Below, in pieces: positions 17,445 through 25,500 of a stretch of 43,964 bases of DNA; positions within the stretch are counted from its first letter, which is position 1, and every line of letters starts with the position of its first letter. The position numbers and the translations under genes are program-made. Source of the DNA: a virus (taxonomy: Duplodnaviria > Heunggongvirae > Uroviricota > Caudoviricetes); IMG/VR virus record IMGVR_UViG_3300025861_000004; one strand, 5' to 3'. The notes beneath the pieces are model-generated. The model made no database searches, had not been told where the DNA came from, and was given only the letters and a program-made list of their open reading frames with translations.

Positions 17445-18080
17445 ATGACATTACCGATCGGTCTACGAGAAGAAGCTGTTCGTCTCCGAGTCGAGGAGCG
17501 GCGTTCCAATAAGGAGATATGCACGAAGTTGAAGGTGTCGGCGGGAACCATGAGTTTTTGGCTAAAGGATCATCCGCTGGCCCCTGAAGAGAAACAAAGC
17601 AGGTGGAAGGAGAAGATGGAGGGCGGGGCTAGAAGACCTCGGGGTCCGCAGAAAATAAAAGATGTAGCAGGTCCATCTAAGCACTATGCGGTAGTGAAGG
17701 ACTGTGAATTATCTAATTCACATAAGATGGCCATATCTGAGTCTGCTATTCTATTTCGATTAGCTCTACATGGCTACGCTGTAGCTACTCCTGTATTTGA
17801 AGGGACTAAGATTGATTGGCTCGTCAAAGTTCCGACGACAGGTCGGATCATTCAGGTTCAGGTGAAGACGGTTCGCAAGGGATCGATCAGTCTTCGTTGT
17901 GCGAACGGTCGAGGCAAGCTGAGACGCTACGTGGAGGGTGAGTTTGATGTCATTGTTGGGTATGACCTGTTTTCTGATACGGCCTACGTGTACCTGGCCC
18001 GGGAGGTGATGCACCTGGGCTATGTTGCGGCAGCCTCCCAGGAGGCTGCCGAACGATGGGGTAAACTTCTGGAAGTTTGA
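17445..18080 (+). CDS. PD-(D/E)XK endonuclease of the group-I-intron-associated type, with N-terminal HTH
   Basis: SESAILFRL...IDWLV...IQVQVKT...FDVIVGYD; low GC; inserted between tRNAs. Confidence 0.8.
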   Translation: MTLPIGLREEAVRLRVEERRSNKEICTKLKVSAGTMSFWLKDHPLAPEEKQSRWKEKMEGGARRPRGPQKIKDVAGPSKHYAVVKDCELSNSHKMAISESAILFRLALHGYAVATPVFEGTKIDWLVKVPTTGRIIQVQVKTVRKGSISLRCANGRGKLRRYVEGEFDVIVGYDLFSDTAYVYLAREVMHLGYVAAASQEAAERWGKLLEV

Positions 18081-18086
18081 ATTTCT

Positions 18087-18160
18087 CGGGGTGTGACGCA
18101 GCCTGGTAGCGTACTTGCTTTGGAGGCAAGGAGCCGGAGGTTCAAATCCTCTCACCCCGA
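18087..18160 (+). tRNA. tRNA-Pro(UGG)
   Basis: CGGGGTG/CACCCCG acceptor, CTTGC/GCAAG stem, TT-TGG-AG loop. Confidence 0.92.
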
Positions 18161-18197
18161 CTCAGGAAGAAAAAAGATCGCGGGATCGATACTTTTC

Positions 18198-18204
18198 TCA
18201 GCTC
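18198..18204 (+). promoter_or_regulatory. TCAGCTC motif upstream of the structured RNA block
   Basis: -10 slot ACGAT; no credible ORF follows. Confidence 0.6.
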
Positions 18205-18240
18205 GGCCCCGTTCAGGGTATACGATAAGACTTCATAAAC

Positions 18241-18426
18241 GGCGATGGCTGCACGCCGAAGCCCAAACACCAAACTCCTTCGGGAGGGAAGTGGATGGGA
18301 CAAAGGGGCCACCAAACCTCAAGACCATTCGGGTTTGCTGTCGATCCGGCCCTTCCGCAAGGAGGGTGAAGTGGGCACCCCCCACAAGACAGCTTCCTGA
18401 CAAACCCTGAGGTGCCCCATGCGCCA
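18241..18426 (+). ncRNA. Candidate structured ncRNA
   Basis: Nested long-range pairings GGGGC/GCCCC, ACCTCA/TGAGGT, GGGTTTG/CAAACCC, CTGTC/GACAG; UUCG and GCAA tetraloop hairpins. Confidence 0.55.
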
Positions 18427-18459
18427 CTAAACAGATTGCTCCCCCCTCGGAAGGCTCAT

Positions 18460-18534
18460 ACAAGCGTAGCTCATCAGGTAGAGCATCGGTCTAACTCACC
18501 GAGGGTAGCTGGTTCAACTCCAGTCCTTGATCCA
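18460..18534 (+). tRNA. Atypical or degenerate tRNA-like element, anticodon AAC (Val)
   Basis: Canonical D, anticodon (TCGGT/ACCGA) and T arms; defective acceptor stem; U37; ends in CCA. Confidence 0.5.
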
Positions 18535-18535
18535 A

Positions 18536-18860
18536 ACGGGCCCCACACTCGGGGAGCAGTTTCACCTTCGTAGGCCAGGTTCATGACCTGGCCAAACAGG
18601 GTCGGTACGCTAACCAAGCGGCTGCGGCTTCCACCGCAGCGATGCCAGCTGGACGCTGGCCCGTCCCCCTAAGACTCCGCCCTCGGCGGGACCTTACATG
18701 CGCGCCGTCGCAAGGCGGCACCTAATCTCCACCAAAACGGGGATACTTGGCTCATACCCAAGCAACGACCATGTGAGGTCACCAAAGACGGTCCCGCCTC
18801 TCGCGGGGTCTGTCCTCTGACAACCGAATACCAGCTTCTTCTCCCCCTCGGGTCGATCCA
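18536..18860 (+). ncRNA. Candidate multi-hairpin ncRNA(s), punctuated by CCA at 18732-18734 and 18858-18860
   Basis: ACGGGCC/GGCCCGT closes four hairpins; further GCAA-loop hairpin and a cloverleaf-like fold at 18739-18817. Confidence 0.5.
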
Positions 18861-18862
18861 AC

Positions 18863-18937
18863 ATGCTTATCGCCCAGTGGTTGGGCATCTGTCTACGGAA
18901 CAGACCTCGGCAGGTTCAATTCCTGCTAAGCGTACCA
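18863..18937 (+). tRNA. tRNA-Arg(ACG)
   Basis: ATGCTTA/TAAGCGT acceptor, TCTGT/ACAGA stem, CT-ACG-GA loop, CCA. Confidence 0.92.
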
Positions 18938-18988
18938 CCAAGGGTCGACACACTCGGGAGGAGATCCCCATCGGCCGCAAGGCCGGTA

Positions 18989-19039
18989 GCGGCCCGACGG
19001 TCTCCCCCCCCGACAAGACCGTCGGGCCGCTTTTCTTTT
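18989..19039 (+). terminator. Intrinsic terminator ending the RNA island
   Basis: 15-bp stem GCGGCCCGACGGTCT/AGACCGTCGGGCCGC followed by TTTTCTTTT. Confidence 0.85.
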
Positions 19040-19045
19040 CAGCTC
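19039..19045 (+). promoter_or_regulatory. TCAGCTC promoter-like motif
   Basis: ATG 19076 at +31; -10 slot GCGAC. Confidence 0.75.
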
Positions 19046-19075
19046 CAGATTCACGCTGGGTCGCGACGACCCGGC

Positions 19076-19351
19076 ATGCCCTACAGCTTCACGTACAAGC
19101 AGCTCGTCGCGTACCTGCGACGGACCGGATGGACCTACGACGAGTCCTCCATGTTCTGGCGGCACCCCGACACGTTCGAGGTGGTCTGTGTGGACTCGAA
19201 CTACGACCTTGGTCGGGGTCTTGTGCGGGCCTCGATCCTCGGAGTTCTCGGGCGGCTGAAGGCGCGGGACCAGAAGGGTCCTGACCTCCCGGAGGAGGAA
19301 CTCACGCGGCTCAGCTCCGATCCGCAGGCTCATGTCGACTCGTCGACATGA
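19076..19351 (+). CDS. HicA-like small protein lacking the catalytic His
   Basis: YKQLVAYLRRTGW...SSMFWRHPD...VVCV...DLGRGLVRASIL follows the HicA pattern. Confidence 0.45.
   Translation: MPYSFTYKQLVAYLRRTGWTYDESSMFWRHPDTFEVVCVDSNYDLGRGLVRASILGVLGRLKARDQKGPDLPEEELTRLSSDPQAHVDSST
19311..19317 (+). promoter_or_regulatory. TCAGCTC promoter-like motif
   Basis: ATG 19348 at +31; -10 slot TCGAC. Confidence 0.75.
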
Positions 19352-19812
19352 GCCACTACGCAGACCCCACCTCCAGCGACTTCGCCCCTAACCCGCGCGC
19401 CATCTGCGGACAGGCTGGGCCCCTCACCGAGGATCCTCGCCAGGTCGACTGCGAGGCGTGCCGGGGGCGGATGGCGGCCCACCTGGCCATGACGCTTGGT
19501 CTGGATGTCGAGGCCGACTACGACCAGCGCGAGGTCTGCCCGCATGGGGACGACGACGAGTGCTCCTGCCCGCTTGAGCCGACCAAGTACTACGCGTGGG
19601 AGGAGACGTTTGCGGTCTCTCGACCCCACTACGACCTGTCGTTCGAGATCGGTCGTGAGGTCGCGCTCCAGGTCGGGGGTGAGGGGACGGAGCAGGGTCC
19701 CTCCCGCCTACGGAGCGTCAAGAAGGACTTCGTCTCGGAGGGAGAGGCCGCCCTCCACTACCTGCGCGTCCTGCGGGACCGCCTCAACGTCGTGCTCGGA
19801 GACAAGTCGTGA
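19348..19812 (+). CDS. Hypothetical Cys-containing protein
   Basis: First of a translationally coupled run; high GC3. Confidence 0.7.
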   Translation: MSHYADPTSSDFAPNPRAICGQAGPLTEDPRQVDCEACRGRMAAHLAMTLGLDVEADYDQREVCPHGDDDECSCPLEPTKYYAWEETFAVSRPHYDLSFEIGREVALQVGGEGTEQGPSRLRSVKKDFVSEGEAALHYLRVLRDRLNVVLGDKS

Positions 19813-20237
19813 GCGACAACGATCAGGTCTACACCTTCACCAAGTCAGGCAACCTGGTGACCCTCGTGGGCAATCCCGCCCCGAGCGAGAAGTTCGTCAC
19901 CGTGTGTCGGGTCGATGCGGACAAGGAGATGCTCGTGTCCCGCGACGCGCTCGTCCCCTATGAGCCCGAGCCCGGCGAGGCTACCTTCGACGGCGCGCGC
20001 ATCGAGGCGCACGCGAGGCGCATCGCGCGGGAGCTCGTGACCCGCTGGCACATCCCGGCGGACGTTGCGGTGCGGCTCGCCAAGGGGCTCGCGGGGACCG
20101 CGGAGGCGGTCAACGTGCTCTACGCTCGCGGCATCACGCTGTCGGAGGTCGGGATGGAGTACGTCGCGCGGGAGTGCTTCAAGCTCGCGCAGGAGGACGA
20201 CGCGCTCCCGTCCCCAGCGGGAGGGTTGACGAAATGA
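19809..20237 (+). CDS. Hypothetical protein
   Basis: GTGA coupling. Confidence 0.7.
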   Translation: MSDNDQVYTFTKSGNLVTLVGNPAPSEKFVTVCRVDADKEMLVSRDALVPYEPEPGEATFDGARIEAHARRIARELVTRWHIPADVAVRLAKGLAGTAEAVNVLYARGITLSEVGMEYVARECFKLAQEDDALPSPAGGLTK

Positions 20238-20926
20238 GCCAGGACAAGCCGCAGCACGTCCTGCGAGACGAGTTCCAGGTGCTCCTGGACCAGTCGCGCG
20301 AGCCGAACGTGGACCTCAAGGAGACCTGGCTGGCCATGTGCGCGGAGGTTGCCCAGAAGAAGCGACCCCGACATCGCGGCCCGTGGACGTGGGCGCAGAT
20401 CGACCGGGTCCTGACGAAGGAGGACTCCGAGCCCCTCCGTGCGGCGTTCGGCGAGATACAGGACCGCCTCTTCAAGGAAGTAGACACGAGGCGTCAGGCG
20501 GCCAAGAAGGCCCTCTACGAGCTCGCACCACGCCTCGTGGTGCAGCGGGCGGCCTTCGTGGCGTTCCCCTACTCGACCCACCACGGGAGCACCTATCGGT
20601 CGTCCGGCGACGGGGAGGGGTACGCGCGCGGGTACGCCGAGATAGAGGTCGAGGAGATCCAGGCGACCCGCAACGTGCGGGCCGGCGTCGAGCGGGTCGA
20701 TGATGGGGGTCGCGATGTGTACCGCGTGATGGTGCTGGTCTCCTCGGAGTTCGATGTCGAGATCCTGCACTACCAGCCTGGCTGGGGGATGCGGGACTTC
20801 TTCAAGGCGTGCTGGCGACGGGCGCTAAACCCCCGCGTCTACTTTCCCGGCCTCGCGCACGGCCTGGAGGAGAAGTGGGGTATCGACTACCAGGGCAACG
20901 ACCTCCCCAGGAAGGAAGCACCATGA
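20234..20926 (+). CDS. Hypothetical protein
   Basis: ATGA coupling. Confidence 0.75.
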   Translation: MSQDKPQHVLRDEFQVLLDQSREPNVDLKETWLAMCAEVAQKKRPRHRGPWTWAQIDRVLTKEDSEPLRAAFGEIQDRLFKEVDTRRQAAKKALYELAPRLVVQRAAFVAFPYSTHHGSTYRSSGDGEGYARGYAEIEVEEIQATRNVRAGVERVDDGGRDVYRVMVLVSSEFDVEILHYQPGWGMRDFFKACWRRALNPRVYFPGLAHGLEEKWGIDYQGNDLPRKEAP

Positions 20927-21540
20927 CTCAGGCGGACATCAAGAAGCGAGAGGCCGACGAGAAGCGCCGAGCCGAGCTCCCCGGCAAGCTGGCGGCCCTG
21001 CGGGGGCACGTGGGTGAGGTGGTGCGGCGGTGGCGGGAGTCCGCGATCGCCGTGTCGCTCAGCCTGCACCGCGCCCCGAGCCCAGAGCAGCAGGCCGAGC
21101 GCTTTCCCCCGATGCCGAGCGGAACGCCCAAGTGGGCCGAGACGTACGGGCTGGAAGCCCGTCAGGCGGCCGAGAAGGCCGCGCAGGTCGTGTGGCCGGC
21201 GTTCGACGAGCCTCAGCCGCTGCCCCCGGTCCGGGAGGGAGAGCGGCGCGCGTGGTCGTTCCACATGGGCGGACTCGGGAACACACCGCGCGTTTTCCCG
21301 ACCATCGCGGGCCCCGTCTCCTGGTGCGAGGTCTTCCTGGTCAGGCTCCCGGACGGGACGTCCAGGGAGAAGCGAGACATCGCCCACAGCACGTCCATCG
21401 TGCAGTACGAGACGCGCGCGGGGGCACTCCAGGCCGCCCACTACAAGCTGTGCCGGGAGGTATGCGAGAGCCTCTACCGCTCGCTTCGCCTGTGTGAGGA
21501 CGCCACAGCTCCGAGACCTCCCAAGGGATCGACCAAGTAG
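20923..21540 (+). CDS. Hypothetical protein
   Basis: ATGA coupling, AAGGA SD-like sequence. Confidence 0.7.
   Translation: MTQADIKKREADEKRRAELPGKLAALRGHVGEVVRRWRESAIAVSLSLHRAPSPEQQAERFPPMPSGTPKWAETYGLEARQAAEKAAQVVWPAFDEPQPLPPVREGERRAWSFHMGGLGNTPRVFPTIAGPVSWCEVFLVRLPDGTSREKRDIAHSTSIVQYETRAGALQAAHYKLCREVCESLYRSLRLCEDATAPRPPKGSTK
21505..21511 (+). promoter_or_regulatory. ACAGCTC variant of the promoter-like motif
   Basis: ATG 21542 at +31; -10 slot TCGAC. Confidence 0.7.
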
Positions 21541-21541
21541 C

Positions 21542-21870
21542 ATGCCGAACGTCGCCTGCCTCACCCCCTAAGGTCTGCTCGGTCGAGGACCCTGGGCAGG
21601 TCATGGAAGACATTGAGTGCGCGCTGTCGTTCTGCCCCGAGATGAAGCGGAGCGGCTACCACTACTGGCAGCCGAACGCCTCTCGGGGGCTCGCGGAGCA
21701 GCCGAGCACGGACCTGCCGTCGGGCACGCTGGTGCCCGTGACCCCCCGAAGGGGTCGCGGACACCCTAACCAAGTTTCGGGAAGCGTATCGAGACGAGAT
21801 CGAGAAGCTCGCCCGCGCGTACGCGAGCGAGCCGGAGGTAGGCTTTGGGTTCCTCGTGACGTACGAGTGA
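21542..21870 (+). CDS. Hypothetical 108-aa protein needing two +1 frame changes (programmed shift, pseudogene or sequence error)
   Basis: The high-GC3 frame moves at ACC-CCC-TAA (21563-21571) and ACC-CCC-CGA (21741-21749). Confidence 0.5.
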
Positions 21871-21874
21871 CCGC

Positions 21875-22706
21875 TTACGGACGCTGGATGATGGGGCCGT
21901 CGACCACGACACCCTCGGTCGCGGACTGCGCGTCGAGGACGAGCCGGGTGTACTTGGTCGACCCGACGCCAGTGAACGGCACGAGCGACCCGTCCTCCTT
22001 GGCGAAGTAGTCGCCCGGCGTGAGCCCGACGAGGCCGGAGAGCGCGACGCCCGGAGGGGCGTAGGTGACGGTCGCGCCGATGGCGTAGGTTCCACCGTCG
22101 GACACGCCGATGTACTTCTGGGCGTTGGCGAGCGTCCCGTCGAGCGGGTACACCAGCGCACCGTCTGAGTAGATCGCCGTGAAGGGGTTGATGATGGCAC
22201 CGGCGATCGCCGTACGGAACGAGTTGGCGTTCGTGTCGACGACGATCGCACCGGAGGCGTTTTCGATTGCAGCAGGAGTCGAGGGCATGGCCGATCCTTT
22301 CTGGAGGACGATCCCCTTATCTACGAGGACCGTCGTGGAGTTCGTGGCACCCCCCACGCTGCGCGTCATCGCGCCCGTGGGGACCAAAGCAAGCGGGACC
22401 GGAGGCCCCGCGTTGTAGACGAAGTACTGGACGCCTGGCGTGAGCCCCGCGAAGAGCGACGTCAGGCCGGTGTGGCGCACCACGACGGGAGATCCGTCCG
22501 AAGCAGAGTTCTCCGCGAACCCTGCCATCAGGGAGACGGCGTTCGCTGATCCGTCGAGCGCGCGCACTCGGTCCGCGTCCCCCAGGGGGAAGTAGACCGC
22601 CTGCCCCCGCACCACAGGTCCGCGTGCGGTGGACAGGAAGGTGCAGCACCCATCCGTCTGAGGTGGAGACGGAGGGGTCGATCGAGCGCGACGGCGTTCG
22701 GGACAT
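21875..22706 (-). CDS. Putative virion accessory protein with two tandem beta-rich (capsid cement/DUF2190-like) domains; probable +1 discontinuity near 22640
   Basis: Internal duplication (VYFP..GLTPGVQYFV versus VYPL..GLTPGDYFA); start uncertain. Confidence 0.5.
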
Positions 22707-22787
22707 CCACACACCCTTGAAAGTAGGGGCAAGACGACCCGCGCGGGGGGATCAGTATCTGGTTGGGATCTGTGCGGCCTGCCTAGC

Positions 22788-22794
22788 TCAGCTC
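22788..22794 (+). promoter_or_regulatory. TCAGCTC promoter-like motif
   Basis: -10 slot TCGAC; ATG 22833 at +39 with AGGAGG SD. Confidence 0.75.
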
Positions 22795-22832
22795 CGAACC
22801 ATTGACCCGCATCGACTCCTTCTCAGGAGGAT

Positions 22833-23147
22833 ATGACGATGGGTTGGTCCTGTTCGGTTAAGGCAAGCAACGTGGAGCGAGCTTGGTCGCGGGCCTGTAC
22901 GGCCCAGACGGGGGACAGCAACACCTTCCAGAGCGGAGGGCAAACCTACTTCTACGAGGTGTCGCGCACCGAGCACCCGGACGGGGCCATCACGGGTACC
23001 GTGTTCCGCATGGTCAGCAAGACGCACGCGCGCCCCTCGGGGACCTTTCGCATCAGTGGGGATGGGGAGGTAGAGCGCGCGCCCGCGTACCTGCGGGACA
23101 TCGATGTCCCGCAGGTGCCGAAGGTCCCCCTCTTTCAGTTCGTGTAG
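22833..23147 (+). CDS. Hypothetical protein
   Basis: Strong SD and high GC3. Confidence 0.75.
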   Translation: MTMGWSCSVKASNVERAWSRACTAQTGDSNTFQSGGQTYFYEVSRTEHPDGAITGTVFRMVSKTHARPSGTFRISGDGEVERAPAYLRDIDVPQVPKVPLFQFV

Positions 23148-23148
23148 C

Positions 23149-23598
23149 TCATGGGCGGGCGGCCTTGGCGGCCTCGGTGAGGGCGTCGCGGGCCGGGTTG
23201 ACCATGCGGTCGGCTCGCTCCCGGAACGCCGCCTCGTGACCTGGCATGACCGCGTAGTGGTCACCCAGGTTGCGCAGGTGCGCGGGGTCGGTGCCGGGGT
23301 TCTGCGCGAGCACGGCGAGCTTGTCGCGTCGTCGTTGGCGGGCGACCTCCCACCCCGCGCGGGCGGACGCGCCGATAGCGCGGTCCGGCACGTCGTCGAT
23401 CCCCGTGAGACCGGTGTTGCCTGGTCGTGGGGGGCCAGGCTTCGCGCCGCTAGTCCCGTAGGCGAGACGCACCTCTCCGGGCAGGCGAGGTGCGTCCGTC
23501 TGGCAGGAGGGGCAGGGATGAGGGGAGGAGGCTTCGCTTAGGGGGCGACGACGCTCGAAGCGGAGGCCGCACGAGCACTGGTAGGCGTACAGGGGCAT
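23149..23598 (-). CDS. FmdB-family zinc-ribbon protein
   Basis: MPLYAYQCSCGLRFE...CPSC. Confidence 0.8.
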   Translation of the reverse strand: MPLYAYQCSCGLRFERRRPLSEASSPHPCPSCQTDAPRLPGEVRLAYGTSGAKPGPPRPGNTGLTGIDDVPDRAIGASARAGWEVARQRRRDKLAVLAQNPGTDPAHLRNLGDHYAVMPGHEAAFRERADRMVNPARDALTEAAKAARP

Positions 23599-23617
23599 GC
23601 GGGCATGATACGCCCGC

Positions 23618-23992
23618 TCACTGCCGCGTGAACCTGAACCAGAACCAGATGATGTTCACGAGGATCGCTCCCGCGGAGAACCCGAGGACGGCTCCATGCA
23701 ACAGGGCGTCGCGGACGACGCCCTGTTGCGTTCTCGCGGAGATTTTCACCTTGCGCTTCTGGTGCTGCTTCTCCAGGGCCTCCCAGAACTCTCGGGGCAC
23801 TTCGAGGTGTTCACCCAGCTTCTCGGCGACGTCGCCCGTGAGCGGGCAGGTCCCATGGACGATCATCTGCATGTAGCTGTTCGGGATCCCCATCCGACGG
23901 GCTAGCTCGGCGGTGGTGAACCCCTTGGCCTGACAGGTCTCCAGGATGGTCATTCCGGGGGGTGTGGAGTAGTCGGGGTTGAACGCGGTCAT
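23618..23992 (-). CDS. HigA-like XRE HTH protein with a hydrophobic C-terminal tail
   Basis: FNPDYSTPPGMTILE...TAELARRMG...AEKLGEHLEVPREFW. Confidence 0.75.
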   Translation of the reverse strand: MTAFNPDYSTPPGMTILETCQAKGFTTAELARRMGIPNSYMQMIVHGTCPLTGDVAEKLGEHLEVPREFWEALEKQHQKRKVKISARTQQGVVRDALLHGAVLGFSAGAILVNIIWFWFRFTRQ

Positions 23993-24402
23993 GGCTGCGC
24001 CGGCTGCGGGAGGGAGGATGTGGTCTCCGGCACGAACCCCTCGGGGACCGAGCTCCGGTTCTCCAGGCCATCCAGGACGGCCTGCGTGCAGGGGACGTGG
24101 GTGAAGGTGGGTCCCCCCGTGGGGAACTGGTACCATCGACGGCGCTCCTGGTAGAAGTAGGCGAAGCACAGGTGCTTCTCGGGGTCGAAGAAGTACCGGG
24201 GGCGCGACATGCGCTGGTACATCTCCAAGGAGATCGCGTCGCGTTCCTGGGCCGTCTGCCGCGAGTCCCACCATAGGTAGAACGAGGCGACGAACACGGT
24301 CACGGCGACAACCGTCTGCACCATGAGGTACAGAAGGCTCGCGATGAGCTTCGTCTTCTCCCACAGGAACTCAACAAGGTCGCTAAAACTTTGGATGTAC
24401 AT
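23989..24402 (-). CDS. Hypothetical single-TM protein
   Basis: Hydrophobic N-terminus; ATGA coupling to the HTH gene. Confidence 0.65.
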   Translation of the reverse strand: MYIQSFSDLVEFLWEKTKLIASLLYLMVQTVVAVTVFVASFYLWWDSRQTAQERDAISLEMYQRMSRPRYFFDPEKHLCFAYFYQERRRWYQFPTGGPTFTHVPCTQAVLDGLENRSSVPEGFVPETTSSLPQPAQP

Positions 24403-24448
24403 GAGGGGGTTCCTTTCAGGTCTCCTGTCTCCTTGAGTCCCTGGTCTG

Positions 24449-24455
24449 GAGCTGA
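24449..24455 (-). promoter_or_regulatory. TCAGCTC promoter-like motif
   Basis: ATG 24402 at +47 with an SD-like leader. Confidence 0.6.
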
Positions 24456-24472
24456 GGCGGGTAGACCTTCGC

Positions 24473-25453
24473 ATGGACAAGACCGAGACGTACGTGAGTA
24501 CCGACATCGAGGCGAACGGACCCGTTCCCGGCCCGCACTCGATGTGGAGCCTGGGAGCAGTGGCCCGCGACCCCAAGGGGGTCGTGCTCGGCCGCTTCTC
24601 CGTGAACTTGGAGGACCTCCCGAACGCCGAGCCAGACCCCGAGACGATGGCCTTCTGGGCGCGGAACCCGGAGGCCCTCGCGGCGGCCCGCAAGGACCCC
24701 GTGCCTCCTGGTGAGGCGATGACGCGCTTCGCCACCTGGCTGCGCGGGCTTCCGGGCAAGGTCGTGTTCGCGGGCTACCCCGCGACGTACGACTTCCTCT
24801 TCGTCTACTGGTACTACTGGGTGTTCGTCGAGGAGATGCCGCCCTTCTCCTTCTCGGGCCTGGACATCAAGACGCTCGCGATGGCGCTGCTCCGGCTCCC
24901 CTACCGGCAGTCGACCAAGAAGAACTTCCCCCTCCGCTGGACGGAGGGCCTCCCGCCCCACACGCACGAGGCGGCCGGCGACGCGGATGAGCAGGGCGAG
25001 ATCCTGGCCCGCATGCTGGCGGAGCTCCACGCGCCCCACGCGCGCCTCACGCAGGAGGAGGTGATCCTCGTGCGCCGGCTCCTTCGCGACGCCGTCGCGG
25101 GCAAGTGCAGCCTGTCGGACCGCACGCGGGAGGTCGCTGTGCGCCTACACCAGAAGCTCGCGGACGCGGGGCCGAAGGTGGTTATCGAGTACGCAGTCTT
25201 CTCCGCACCCACCTACAGGGGGCGGGTCCCCGCGCGCGAGGACCTGCCTGTCACCCAGCCCGTCCATCCCACCCACATGATCCGCGTCCTCTATGGGGGG
25301 ATCGTCCGCACCTGCACAGTTTGTGAGGCCGGAGGCTACTTGCTGGCTCCTCCTGGCCCTCTCCTCCTCGCCCCATGTCCAGGCCGTCCATACCCGCGCG
25401 ACAAGCTCCTGGAGGACGCGGGTGCTTCTCCTGTCGATTCCTCAGCTCCCTAG
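24473..25453 (+). CDS. DEDDh 3'-5' exonuclease with an unknown C-terminal extension
   Basis: STDIEANG, YDFLF, LDIKT, HEAAGDA motifs. Confidence 0.85.
   Translation: MDKTETYVSTDIEANGPVPGPHSMWSLGAVARDPKGVVLGRFSVNLEDLPNAEPDPETMAFWARNPEALAAARKDPVPPGEAMTRFATWLRGLPGKVVFAGYPATYDFLFVYWYYWVFVEEMPPFSFSGLDIKTLAMALLRLPYRQSTKKNFPLRWTEGLPPHTHEAAGDADEQGEILARMLAELHAPHARLTQEEVILVRRLLRDAVAGKCSLSDRTREVAVRLHQKLADAGPKVVIEYAVFSAPTYRGRVPAREDLPVTQPVHPTHMIRVLYGGIVRTCTVCEAGGYLLAPPGPLLLAPCPGRPYPRDKLLEDAGASPVDSSAP
25442..25448 (+). promoter_or_regulatory. TCAGCTC promoter-like motif
   Basis: GTG 25501 at +53 with AGGAG SD. Confidence 0.55.
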
Positions 25454-25500
25454 CTCAAGCGGGGGGTCCGCTGTAGGTCACCTCAAACTAGGAGTCCCCT

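Noticed and set aside
18486-18502. Amber suppressor (CTA) reading of the atypical tRNA
   Set aside because: The 5-bp stem TCGGT/ACCGA places AAC, not CTA, at positions 34-36
18536-18860. tmRNA (standard or permuted), suggested by CTCC-A-CCA and GGGG with G3:U70
   Set aside because: No T-loop before the acceptor strand and no tag ORF with a stop; kept only as an unclassified structured RNA
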